This document shows positions 40,200 to 51,550 of a stretch of DNA of 64,000 nucleotides, piece by piece. Origin of the DNA: Vicugna vicugna (lineage: Eukaryota); contig MU057724.1 in NCBI GenBank assembly GCA_013265495.1, forward strand, positions 1,565,102 to 1,629,101. The letters are read 5' to 3'. The notes under the pieces were generated by a model. The model was not told where the DNA came from, made no database searches, and worked only from the letters and a program-made list of their open reading frames with translations. Position numbers and translations under genes: made by a program. Position 1 is the first letter of the stretch. Each line of letters opens with the position of its first letter.

Positions 40200-40960
40200 T
40201 CCTTCCCACACTTTGAATGTGCCATCCCATCACCTCCTGGTCTCCACAGCTTCTGATGAGAAGTTCGCTGTTCCTCTTACTGGGAGCCCTCGTCTCCGGT
40301 AAGTCATCTTCCTCTTTCCTCCCCCTCCCCTGCTCCTCCGTCTTCTTCTTTCGGCTGCTTTTGAATTTCTTTGTCCGGGACTTCCAGCAGCGTGAGTACG
40401 ACACATCGAGGTGTGGATCTCTTTGTGTTTCTCCTACTTGGTGTTTGTTGAACTTGTTTGATGTGCGTAACAATTGCTTTTCATTAAGTTTTGGAAGTTG
40501 TCAGCCATTGTTTACTTAAACATTCTTTCTGTCATTCTCTCTCCCTCTTCTCCTTTTAGGACTCCCCTTACGCGTGTGTTGGTTCACTTGACGGTATCCG
40601 ATGGGTCTTTTAGGCTCTGTTCATTCTTCTGCACTTTTTTTCTATCTCTCAGACTAGATAATTTGGGTAATTTACACTGACCTGTCTCCAAGTTCACTGA
40701 TTCTTTACTCTGCTAGCTCAAAACTGCTATTCAACCCCTCCAGTAAAATTCTTATTTCAATTTTTGTTATTTTTCAGCTCCAGAAATTCTATGTAGTTGT
40801 TTTAAAACATTTATAGCTCTTTACTGACATTCTTTGGTAAGACCATTCTCAGACTGTCCTGTAATTCCTCAGACACGGTTTCCTTTAGTTCTTTGAATAT
40901 ATTTATAATAGCTGATTTGAAATCTTTATCGGCTAAGTCCAGCATCAGAGCTTCTGCTGA
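40200..40960 (-). mobile_element. Ancient L1M ORF1-region fragment
   Basis: Minus-strand translation MLDLADKDFKSAIINIFKELKE and QRDPHLD are typical of L1M ORF1. Confidence 0.8.
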
Positions 40961-43734
40961 CTGCAGCCCTAGAGCAAGGAGACAAGGGGAGGGGAAGAAC
41001 TGCCCCCGAAGACGGGCAGTGAGGCTGTGGGGAGACTGGGGGTGCCCGTGGGGGCATCGGCAGGAGGCCCGCTGGAGGGAGAGGTCACAGACTCCCCGAT
41101 GGACATGACTGCAGAGGAAGGGGGAACTAAAGGGGAACGGCCAGGTGCCCCAGGGCTCTGCTTCCTCGGTGGCCACCTTCTCTTCTGGCTGGAGGTAACC
41201 AGTCAGCACCTGCTCATTTTGGGGAAATCCTGTGGTATCAAGAACCCAATGGGTTTTCAGGATTGGATTGCTTTTTAAGGAGGAAACTTCTGGCAGCAGC
41301 TGCAGGGTGTGGTGGGAGAGCCTGGGGCACAGGCAGCCTCGGCTGTCGGGGAAAGGAAAATGGTGGAGTCCACAGGGCCGAGGAGGTCCGGAGGGCCCGG
41401 AGGTCTGGGGAGGAGCCATCTCAGAGCAGGAGAGTGGGAGACCCAGGAAGCAACGCTGTGACTGACCTTAACTGACCTCCAGGCCAGGATGGCAGGTGAG
41501 GGTCTCAGGAGATGAACTGGGGGTGGGAGGGGCTGCAGGCCATGAACATGACACCCTGGGGTGGCTCTATCAGGGGAGAGGGCTCGACTGCTGAGGTCAG
41601 AGTGGAGGAGGTGGGGACCACAAGGCAGACTGGGGGCTCCAACCTGGAAGCCCGCAGGCTGCTGAGCCCGCAATGGAGATGCCGACAGAGGACACTGTGG
41701 TTCCTGCTCCAGGTGCTGCCGCAGTCCCAGGTAGACCACACATAGGACCCTCTGTAACCTCACAACAGCACAACCATGCCCTAGCCTCATGCAGCAGGAC
41801 GTGGGCTGGAGCATCAAGAGGTCAGGCTAAACCACACTGGGAACAGCAAACGGGCAGTGAGAAAACTGACCAGCACACCTTGGGGACCAGCAGCAGAAGC
41901 GACCCCGCACTCAGCCCCTCACACCAGTGCTCTGACTTAATCCTCAGGACAAACGACAAGGTACTTCTGCTGCCTTTCTTTTTCAGTCAAGGTCAGGGCT
42001 CCTGTGGGATGGAGCTGGGCTTCAAGCCTCCCGTCTGGCCAGAGAGCCCGTGGTAGGAAGCATCCCCTGCCCCACACCTCCCCCCTGGCCGGGATCCCGG
42101 GGACGAGCGCCCGGCCCAGACCCGCAGTGCCTCCCTGCCTGCCGCTGACATCGGGTGTGGAAGACACGGACCCCGGGGGGAGACCAGACGCCCAGGGCTG
42201 ATCAGGCCACGTCTGCCCATGGTCTCCCCAGAGTCTCCCCAAGTTTCCACCGGACCAGCACAGCCTGCATTCTCCACTGGGACTCCTCTCGGACGTCAGA
42301 TGTAACAGATTGCTCTGCTGTAGTTCTGCCAGGTTAGTTCCCTTTATTTACCATTTATCAGACTCCACGTTCTGCTAGGACACAGAGTACCTTGCAACTT
42401 TCACATTGAAAGGTCCTTGCACTGAGCATGCACCATTTCTAGCCGTGGTCCATTTTTCATTGCTGGTTATTCAAGGCTGCTCCACTGAACTGACTCCTTA
42501 TGTGCAGCAGGAAAATGTGCTTTGCCGTCCTGTTCTGCAGTCCTTGCTTCTTTTATGAAACACTCTCCCCAAAATGAGTATTGCTTCTGGGAGTAATAGC
42601 CCAAAAACTCTTTGGGAACATGCAAACTGATATAAGAAAAGATGGTGACTATGTAGAAGATGATTTTAAAAGAGCCTCGAATACTAATTGTAGTGTAACT
42701 TCAAAACAGCACTTTGAAATGAATGTCTTTTGTAACCCACTGAAGTATAGTTCATAGGAAAGTCACTGAAGATCTCTGCAGTTTCGATGGTTTAGCGGTG
42801 ACTGAAACAACAGGATTCTTTCCCTTCTTAATATTCAGAACCTTAAGTGAATTTTCAAAGTGAGGACCGTGCTGTACCTAACTGCTGCTTTGTTTTGGAA
42901 GAATATCAGAATTTTTCTCCCCACTTAACAGCAATAATGTCAAACCTCAAAAGAGTAAAAGCAGTTTAACTTCCAATGGTACTCACCAGTTGACTAAGAC
43001 AAATGTTTTACTGTCATTTTTAAACGTTATTCCTTACTGTTTTCCGATACTACTTTTTCTAAATTATCCAGGGTGGAAAGATTAAAATATGAACAGCTTT
43101 AGATGGTTGTTAATATCTAAGTGGTTAAAAAGAACCAGTAACTTCCGGCCATGTAAGTTCACAGAAAACGTTTTTAAAGGGATGAACTGAAAGTCCGTGA
43201 ATACAGTGGATACAAAAGAATGGACCTTGGTTTTTCTCGTTTGGCTTCTTATTATTGGTCTTACATAATATTGACAAAAATAAAAGAAAGAAACAAAAAA
43301 ACCCTACAGTTTGAAAATGTATACAACTAATTCCTCCATCTTGTTTTATGAAATTCATATGAAGGGTCAGAAATGCACTTATTACCACAATACATTTTCA
43401 CACTTGAGAGTAAGATACACAAGATATTTTAAGTCATTGTGAAGTTGTATTTTGCATATAATTCACCCAAGGAAGGGTTTCCAAAATTCTAAGGTTTCAG
43501 AGTGATTCATTTCCTTCCAAAATTACATATGTATGTAAGAATAATAGAGCTTTTATGGGTTTTGTTCTCCCATCAATTATGCTGAACATATGTTTATACG
43601 AGAGTTATCTACACAGGCAGTTGGCTTACTAATCAATATCCCTTCATCCACAAAGGCCACTAGTGCAAACCTACAGGCTGATCTGATTAATGAAAAAACA
43701 AAACTCAGGAGTTTAAGAGTAAGAACAAAGCTAC

Positions 43735-44240
43735 AGACATGGAAACAACCTAAGTGTCCATCAACAGATGACTGCATAAAGAAGCTGTGGTATGTTTATA
43801 CAGTGGAATACTACTCAGCCATAAAAAAGAATAAAATAATGCCATTTGCAGCAACATGGATGGATCTGGAGTGAAGTAGACAGGAAGGATGAAAAATACC
43901 ATCTGATATCACTTTTATGTGGAATCTAAAAAAAAAGACACAAACTTATTTACAAAACAGAAGCAAACTCACAGACATAGAAAATAAACTTATGGTTGGG
44001 GGAGGAAAGGGTGGGTAAGATAAATTAGGAGTTTGGGATTAACAGATACAAACTACTATATTAATATAGATAAACAATAAGGTCCTACTGTTCTGCACAG
44101 GCAACTATATTCAATACCTTGTAATAACCTATAATGAAAAACAATGTGAAAAAGAACATATACGTGTGTAACTGAATCACAATGCTGCACACCAGAAATT
44201 AACACAACACTGTAAATCAGCAACAATTTAATTTAAAAAA
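43735..44240 (+). mobile_element. L1 3'-end fragment
   Basis: [45 protein letters not shown] plus cetartiodactyl-type 3'UTR and A tail. Confidence 0.92.
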
Positions 44241-45398
44241 TTGCTAGGCAAGGATCTTACAGTAAGAAAATTTTCTTAAACATACACATTTAAGTGTGCT
44301 TTAAGAAAAACTTGATTCTGCCTCAGCTTTCTCGCTTTCTCTTTTCCAGAATTTTCCCCTAGTCTGTTAGTTGTGGTCCCATGAGGCCCCATGTCAAACC
44401 GTTTCAGCCCAAAAGAAGCAGAGGCCTAACCTGTGGGCTTTGCACAGGTCTCAGTTTTCATACCGTTTCTTCAACAGGGTCACAAGCTGAAGGCTCTGGG
44501 CTGAGAGCAACCTACGGATACGTGTGGCCGGGGCTTTCCCTTTGAGAAGATACAACTGGCTGCTAACACTGAAAAGTCAGGGAGTGGTGTTTCTGACTTC
44601 CACATTTCGCTCACAAACACCAGCAGCTCAGGAGTAACAGGCCGCAGGGCCGCGCTCACTCAGAAGCCGGCGCGCTGCGCGAGGGACCGTCACGGCGAGG
44701 TGACACGGGGCTGCTCCAGGCGCCCTGTGCTCTGACTGCCCACGGGCACCGGCCCCAGGCTCCCGAGTCTGCCCCGTCAGTTTTTAGAGTAGCGCTTATT
44801 CTCATATTTATAAGCAAATAAAATTAACAAAGTGCTTAATAAGAACTATTACGAAGACGTATGGGCCAAACACATGGCGTTTTATATACAAGTACCAGCC
44901 ACCAGCTTCAAGCTCCATTACCCAGCTTTAAAATGAATCCTCGTTTCAGGATTATGACCAAAAATGACACAGCGCTGGTCTTCCTGCCCCGTGTCCACAT
45001 CCCGGGGGCCTCGGGCTGCTTCTCTGGGCCTGAGTCTGCAAACACTTCGTCAGGCACCGTGAGCCCTTCCTTCCCGCCGGCACATCCTGTCAGCATCTTT
45101 ACTCTTCCTTTCTTGTGGCGTAAAGCGCGAGAATTATGATAATAAAAGATCTGCACTTCACACATGATTTAATTTAGTCCAAACGTCAACTCAATATACA
45201 AATTCTTTACGCCCATATTGAAGACAAGGAGGTAGGATCTGAACCCAGGTCCCTGTGGCCCTAAAGTCTGGTTCATTCTACCATCCCATTGGCTCCCGGG
45301 TGTCGGCGAGGCTCCCGCGCGCCCCGCGCTCCCCCTGCCCTGGTGGGAGATGAGAGGGGGTGGTCGGGCTTCAGGGGGTGGGAGGTGAGAGGGGGTGG

Positions 45399-45818
45399 NN
45401 NNNNNNNNNNNNNNNNNNNNNNNNNNNNNNNNNNNNNNNNNNNNNNNNNNNNNNNNNNNNNNNNNNNNNNNNNNNNNNNNNNNNNNNNNNNNNNNNNNNN
45501 NNNNNNNNNNNNNNNNNNNNNNNNNNNNNNNNNNNNNNNNNNNNNNNNNNNNNNNNNNNNNNNNNNNNNNNNNNNNNNNNNNNNNNNNNNNNNNNNNNNN
45601 NNNNNNNNNNNNNNNNNNNNNNNNNNNNNNNNNNNNNNNNNNNNNNNNNNNNNNNNNNNNNNNNNNNNNNNNNNNNNNNNNNNNNNNNNNNNNNNNNNNN
45701 NNNNNNNNNNNNNNNNNNNNNNNNNNNNNNNNNNNNNNNNNNNNNNNNNNNNNNNNNNNNNNNNNNNNNNNNNNNNNNNNNNNNNNNNNNNNNNNNNNNN
45801 NNNNNNNNNNNNNNNNNN
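45399..45818. other. Assembly gap (420 N)
   Basis: Run of N flanked on both sides by G-run-rich sequence. Confidence 1.
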
Positions 45819-45819
45819 G

Positions 45820-46900
45820 TGGTTGGGGTGGGGTGGGGTCAGGGTGGAGGCGGGTGGTCGGTGGTCGAGGAGCGAGGAGGTCAGGGTCTGCTCCGGGGAC
45901 CCGGGAACACCGCCCACCCGGAGGCGCGCACGGAGCCAAGGCCGGACGCGCAACGAGAAACTCAAGAGAGAAGAGGAGCCACGCTCGAAGCTCAGTTTTC
46001 CCCAAGTGGGACAGACACCTGTTGACCCGATTCAGAGTAGGAAACTTTGGGGGAGACGATAAAGGGGCCAAGTTGACAATCTAAGCAGGGGAACTACCGG
46101 AGGCGGGATGGAGACGAACCTGCTCCGCCGTAAGTTCTGGAAGACGCCAGAAGAGAGACGGCACCCCAGCAGCCTGGCTCCTGCCAGCGCATCGCCGCTC
46201 GCCTCCTCCAGCCTGACCGCGCAGAGCCCCGACGTCGCGGGAAACGTGGGACTCCTCCTCCTCCTCCTCCTCCTCCGCGGACGGCGGCGGCGGCCGGGAC
46301 TGGGGGCCGGGACCACAGGGAGAGGGGGCGGCCGGGCGGGCGCGCACGCGCTCCGGCGGCAGGTGCGCGCAGCGGGGACGGCGCGCGGAGCTGCGGGCGG
46401 GGCTGGCAGGGAGCGCGCTCCTCCGGGGGCATCGCCTGGGCCCCAGCCGCGCGTCTGAAGCTCACGGTCATCGGCTACTCATTGCGTCCACGCGGAACGG
46501 CTCTTCCTCTTTGCCGCTGACATCTCGCAATCCCAGAGGGCAGGCGCAGTCCAGGCGCGCGCGCTCCTTCCTGCTGCGGGCTCCGCGCCCCAGAGCGGGT
46601 TCACTTCCTTCTGCAGGTAACTCCTTCCGGAAGCCCGCAGCGCGCCTCCCCCGACGGGAGGGTCAGCCCGCGACCGCTCGCTCCCCCGCGAGCCGCACGG
46701 CTGGCGCTGCGCGTCCGAGCGCGGCGCGCGGCCCCCGGGCAGCAGACGCGCCCCAGACGCGTGTCGGCGGCGGCCGTGATCCCGCGCTCGCTGGACCCTT
46801 CCCGGCGGCGGCAGGCGCGGCGGTCACGAGCTCGGGGCAGGGGGCGGGCGGCCCCGTCGGGGACACTGCTGGAACCGGCTGGCTTCTTGCGGTTAGGCGT
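45820..46900. promoter_or_regulatory. CpG island / probable promoter and non-coding first exon of an unidentified gene (probably minus strand)
   Basis: Very dense CpG, GC-box-like GGGCGG motifs, (CTC)8 and (CGG)4 runs typical of 5'UTRs. Candidate minus-strand donor CCG|gtagtt at 46098/46097; plus-strand donors also present (46130, 46617). Confidence 0.8.
46252..46293. repeat. (CTC)8 followed by (CGG)4 trinucleotide runs in the CpG island
   Basis: Read directly: ctcctcctcctcctcctcctcctcc gcgg a cggcggcggcgg. Confidence 0.95.
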
Positions 46901-47559
46901 GCACTGTCAGCAGGTACTTAAGAGTTTTGGGTCTATCTTTAAAGACTTAAATTTTCAAACAACTCTCATCACTAAAACACAACTTTAAAAAATGTAAAAC
47001 AGATACACGGAGGAGAACTTGGGTGGTCCATTTAGGCAACAGTCCCATGTGACCAGTCTGGGAGCCCAGGGCAGCCCGTGGACAGCTAGTTACGTCCGGT
47101 TCTATCAGCCTTATGAGGAAAGACAAATTCTCTCCCTTCTTTGTCATTTTACGGTCGGCTTACATCCTACTGTAGGTGAACACTGCCCTCTTTTGGCAAA
47201 ATGTTGCAACTTTCAATTAAATGTGTCGTGTTTTTTTAATACACAAATCAGAAAAAACGCCATCTCCATGAACAAGAATGATTTTAATTTATACAAGTAT
47301 TTATTTTTTGTTTATGTATTCACTAAAAGAAACAAAAAGGTGTACTGTAGGCAAAAGGAAATTGAGATGCTCTAAGATTCAGTCAGAAATTAATGAGCAA
47401 AAAAGCACACACGTGGGAGTAAAGCTAACCAAGCACGGATCACAGAGCGATGGAGATGGTGGGACAGGGGCTTACACCGCACGTAGTTGCGGTAAGGACA
47501 TCAGAGGGAAGAGTTCTTAAGTGTCTTGTGTGTGGGGGCGAATAACTTGAGACTTTGAA

Positions 47560-48250
47560 ACGTTAGGGGAGTATGTTAAAATGTCAAGAGCACTAAAAGC
47601 AGAAAAAAGACTAACAGACAAAAAAAAAAGGAGAAACAATAATCAATCCTAAAAAAAGGAGAAAAAACAAAAACATGTTTAAAAGGATACCACAAAACAT
47701 CATTCTGTATAAAATATTTTTAAATGAATGTAAATGGATGAAATGCTTCACGTAAAATTCAAACATTCAAAAAATTTTTTTAAGAAACTCAGCTTTGTAA
47801 AGTTAGAAAGAGACACACCTTAAAGATACAGAAAAGGTTGAAAATCAAGTTTAAAAAATGAACTAGGTGACCACTAACCAAAACGAAACTGCCACGTGGG
47901 CATCAAACCAAACAGACTTTAAAGCAAAGGGTGCAGAGGGTTCCCACACAGTGTCCTGCGGTGTCATCACATCAGAGTACACACAGCAACACCGAGGACG
48001 ACAAGGGTTCTGCCAAAACCCCACATGCGCTGCAGCGTGCACACGAAGCACTTGCTTGAGCCTGCGTGGGCCCGTGTTAGACTTGGTGTAGCTGACACAG
48101 AGCACCATGCTGAGCTGCATAATACATACTCTTTTTAAACACATCAAGCATTTGTTAAAAATGACGATTTAGGGGGACTAAAACAAGAAGTACGCTTGCT
48201 CTTGTTCACCACTTCTAGTCTGCATGACACTGGAGGCCCTAACTAGCCTT
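47560..48250 (+). mobile_element. Ancient L1M fragments between the PCMTD1 poly(A) site and the CpG island
   Basis: aatgtaaatggatgaaatgct...agacacaccttaaagatacagaaaaggttgaaa resembles the L1 endonuclease region; boundaries approximate. Confidence 0.55.
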
Positions 48251-48434
48251 CGTATCTGCTTAAATATTTCATAAAAATAAATCTTAACCTTCAGAGGTGG
48301 CAACGGTCAAGAGGAAATGGGAGGTCCGAACACGGACCACTTACATCCTAGCTCGGCAGGCGTCCAAAGGTGAACCGACATTTTCTACATTTAAAAAGAA
48401 GAGAAAAAGAAAAGGCAGGCCACTGGAGAATGAG

Positions 48435-51023
48435 GCTTAATTAAATGCAACTGTTTATTTAAAATAATTGTCCAAGTTTTTCCCAAAAGTTAACAGGTTT
48501 TGCTTCACTTTCGTCCTCTCAAACAGCTAGAAACCAAGACTTACATTTTTTGTGTTTTATTTTAGCTACTGTGTATGCTACTTTAATGACATTTTCTTTA
48601 TTAATACTAGAACCAGATATATTGACCAACAAGCAGTACAGATCTAGAGTATCTTCCCGGCAGTCGCGGGGCTGCTGACCAGCTCCTGGGATCGAGCAGA
48701 CTCCCGGTGCCACCGCAGGCCGTCTCCAACTAGCGGCATGACTCAGGAAGGTCACGCTCCCACCCCAGGCCTCCTGCCTCACCGCAAAATAAAGGGCTAG
48801 ATTTGGTGACTTCCTCTATCTTATTCTGGTGTAAAAATTCCATGAATACAGTGCTCATCATTTTCAGTTAATTTTACTTCATCTTTATTTGCTACTCTCC
48901 ACATATAAAGCATAATTATCCACAAATATAACATGATTCATTAAAAAATAAACACCCAAAATATTCTTAATCATTCTGATATATTCCCATTAACAGATAA
49001 AAGGGCTTTCACTTAAAATTTCATTTTTTATTTCTATTTCTTTATTTAAAGTCAATAATAAAGTCAGGACTGTAAAATAAATGCATTTAAAAACACAAAA
49101 GACACATTTCAATGACAACAAATAGGCAATGATCATGAAAATCTACTGTACATTTTGCCAAGGTCAACAGAGAGCTGATATGAAAAAAATCAGTCTTCGA
49201 ATATATTCTTAACAGAAACCTCCCTCATGAATAGTGAAATTATCATTTAAGAAAACATATGTTTACATATCTGGAAACTCACTCCAAAAACAACAAAGCT
49301 GGGTGGGGGTCGGGGGGCTTGATAAAAATATGTGGGCACCAGAACTCAAGATTAAACTTCTAAAACTAACATATATTTCAAAATAAAATGAACGTTGCTA
49401 ATGGATGAAAACCGTATGAAACTTTTTTTCCTTGATGGAAATGAGATGGGGCGTTTCTTAACAGTAACAGCTCAGTAGTCATCTAAGAAAAGCTGTGGAG
49501 ACACCCCCCAACCCCCAACCCCCACCCCCAAGCCGCAGGCCCAGTTACTGGTACAACAGACGGCTTCCATAAAGGTATCTTTCCTATTACTAAAATATCT
49601 TCATTTACCTGGGATAATTCATGCTTAGAATATTTCAAACACTTGCTTTTAGATGCAGAGCATTCCCAGAGCTGGGATCTTTAAAACCATCTATATATTA
49701 CTAAGGGTTGACTCTGCAGCGAGAGAATAACCCTTCCACTAGACACTGATCGGGTTTCCTCGAGTGTATTTGATCAATTATTGTAACAGTGATGCTGGTG
49801 ATAGTAAGTGATACTCTCAAATTTTTCATTTTAAAAAATATATAATCCATGTAACACTAGTAAAGAAGTTGCACTGCGTACTTTCCTAAAAGGAAGGGCT
49901 CTCCAGGCCCTGGAAGGAAGAAAAGCAACAGCTCATGACGGCATCTCCTGCCTGTGTTATCGCCAACATTCCAGCGATGAATGGAACGTGTGACACTAAG
50001 CAAAACGATGCAGGCCGCTGTAATGTTACCACGAGAAACAAGAACGAAAGACAGGAGGAAGTCAGATGAGCACAACGCAGGTCCCGAAGATCGCATGGTG
50101 ACGCCGACCCTTCACAGCACGCGGCCTCCACACAGCGCCCCAGGGCTTCCCGGGCCGCGGGGTGGGTCCCAGGGCAGGTGCAGCCAGCTCAGCCCGCCCT
50201 CGTCGACGGTGAGCGGGCGGGCGCGCCGGGGGCTCCCTGTGCCGACGCGCTCCCGACACCTGCTCTGGCCGTGGACAGTCACCCAAGCGGTCCTGGGCAC
50301 CCGCCTCGCCGAGCTCGTGGTCCACGAGCGCTGACAGCGCGGGGGCCCATGCGGACCACGAGCTGCACTGCGCAGTGTTGAACACGGACACTCACCTAAC
50401 GTGCTGTGCAGGTCTCTACGAGAGAAGCAGGCGTTTCCCCGTGTCTTTTGGCAATGGATTCAAAAGCGGGAGCAGCAGTGCCGTGAATGCCGCGGAGCGT
50501 GGGCTGACTTCAAGCTCAGTGCTCAGTCCCGTGGTTGCTGCTCCCTCGCTCTGTGTCCGTGGCTGCCACAGAAGTGGGGGGCGGGTCTGCAAAGCACTTC
50601 CTCTCCCTGTCAGGTGACAAAGTTCCCACGGAGGACACGCAGACGGCTGCATCCAGATCAGACTGTACACGCCTCGTGGTCACTTCAGCCCATTCAGAAG
50701 TCACCCGGACCCTCACCACCACCCCTGTGCGAGGACCAGGCGATGACTCGCAGTCCACTCCGGACGGTTGTTGGACTCCACTCTTGAAGTTGCTCTGAGT
50801 TAAAACAGCAATTTTCCCAAGATTTAAAGAAAATATATTTTATAAAAGGGATTCTTTGTAATCACTGAATACATCATTTATTTACTAAGACAGAAACAAG
50901 TTATACGTTTTCCACTATAAATTCACTCTGATGAAAGAAAGAATTCTCCTTTAACTCCTAACAGACGCTACGTTTTCAAGACTAAAGGAATCATCAGTAG
51001 GCATTCTCTCTTCTCGCTCTAGG
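48435..51023 (-). other. PCMTD1: PCMTD1 3'UTR (~2.6 kb), distal end approximate
   Basis: Sequence with no recognisable repeats after the stop codon, AT-rich distally, with several minus-strand AATAAA; the last before repeat-derived sequence is at 48454-48459. Confidence 0.75.
48454..48459 (-). terminator. PCMTD1: Putative distal polyadenylation signal AATAAA of PCMTD1
   Basis: tttatt on the + strand, followed on the minus strand by a pyrimidine/U-rich downstream tract (RC of 48391-48414). Alternative AATAAA sites near 48884 and 49027-49046. Confidence 0.65.
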
Positions 51024-51388
51024 TTACTTTTCCCTAAAATACGTCAAGTAGGCTTTGAGGGACTCCGGGAGGGGCAGCTTCATGATCTTCTCCCGCAGCA
51101 GGTTCTGCGGCGGCTCCTCCGGCTTGGTGGCCTCGCCGTGGTCTTTCTCCTCCTCCTCTCTGTCTTCCTCCATCCTCTCCTCCTCCTCACTGTCTAGAGG
51201 CTGAGGAATAAGCTGATTACCCACAAACACGTAAGTGTTAATTCTCTGTTTAACCCTCTTTCTTTTCCTTTTGGGTGGCGCCCTCTGAGGAATCCCCTTG
51301 GCCTGCATCTCGTCGTTTATGAAATTTCTCAGCGTGCGGCGGATGTAAATACGAGCCAAGTCCTGCAGGTTCCTGACGGCACAGGGGG
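51024..51388 (-). CDS. PCMTD1: PCMTD1 last coding exon: BC-box (NLQDLARIYI), basic stretch (PKRKRKRVK), acidic stretch, Cul5-box (LPLPESLKAYL); stop TAA at 51024-51026
   Basis: Acceptor gtgtgtttttag|CC; 365 nt = 2+121x3. The sequence RAPPKRKRKRVKQRINTYVFVGNQLIPQPLDSEE is characteristic of PCMTD1 rather than PCMTD2. Confidence 0.97.
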
Positions 51389-51529
51389 CTAAAAACACAC
51401 ACAAAACAGAGAAAGTGAACATTACATGCTGCTCATTTCTTGGTGACTAGGAGAAGACCCGACGTATAAAAACTCTGATGTTCATCTAGCGAAGATTTTA
51501 GGAAGGGCGATTACCGGGTGCCAAGAGCA

Positions 51530-51550
51530 CTCAGCACCAAGGACAGCGGG
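51530..51550 (+). promoter_or_regulatory. Canonical RE1/NRSE (REST-binding) motif
   Basis: CTCAGCACCAAGGACAGCGGG matches NTCAGCACCnnGGACAG with the canonical 2-nt spacer. Confidence 0.75.

Noticed and set aside
1..45398. Many 60-240 aa ORFs in GC-rich sequence (e.g. 3424-4152, 12296-12862, 24192-24710)
   Set aside because: Overlapping on both strands, Arg/Pro/Gly/Ala-rich, no recognisable domains; expected from stop-codon scarcity at high GC.
45169..46084. Long ORFs of 221-300 aa
   Set aside because: They only appear long because they run through the N gap.
46140..46195. Faint resemblance of MRWQEPGCWGAVSLLA to the PXDNL N-terminus
   Set aside because: No following cysteine-rich LRRNT, the frame ends shortly after, and the similarity needs several gaps; treated as coincidence pending alignment.
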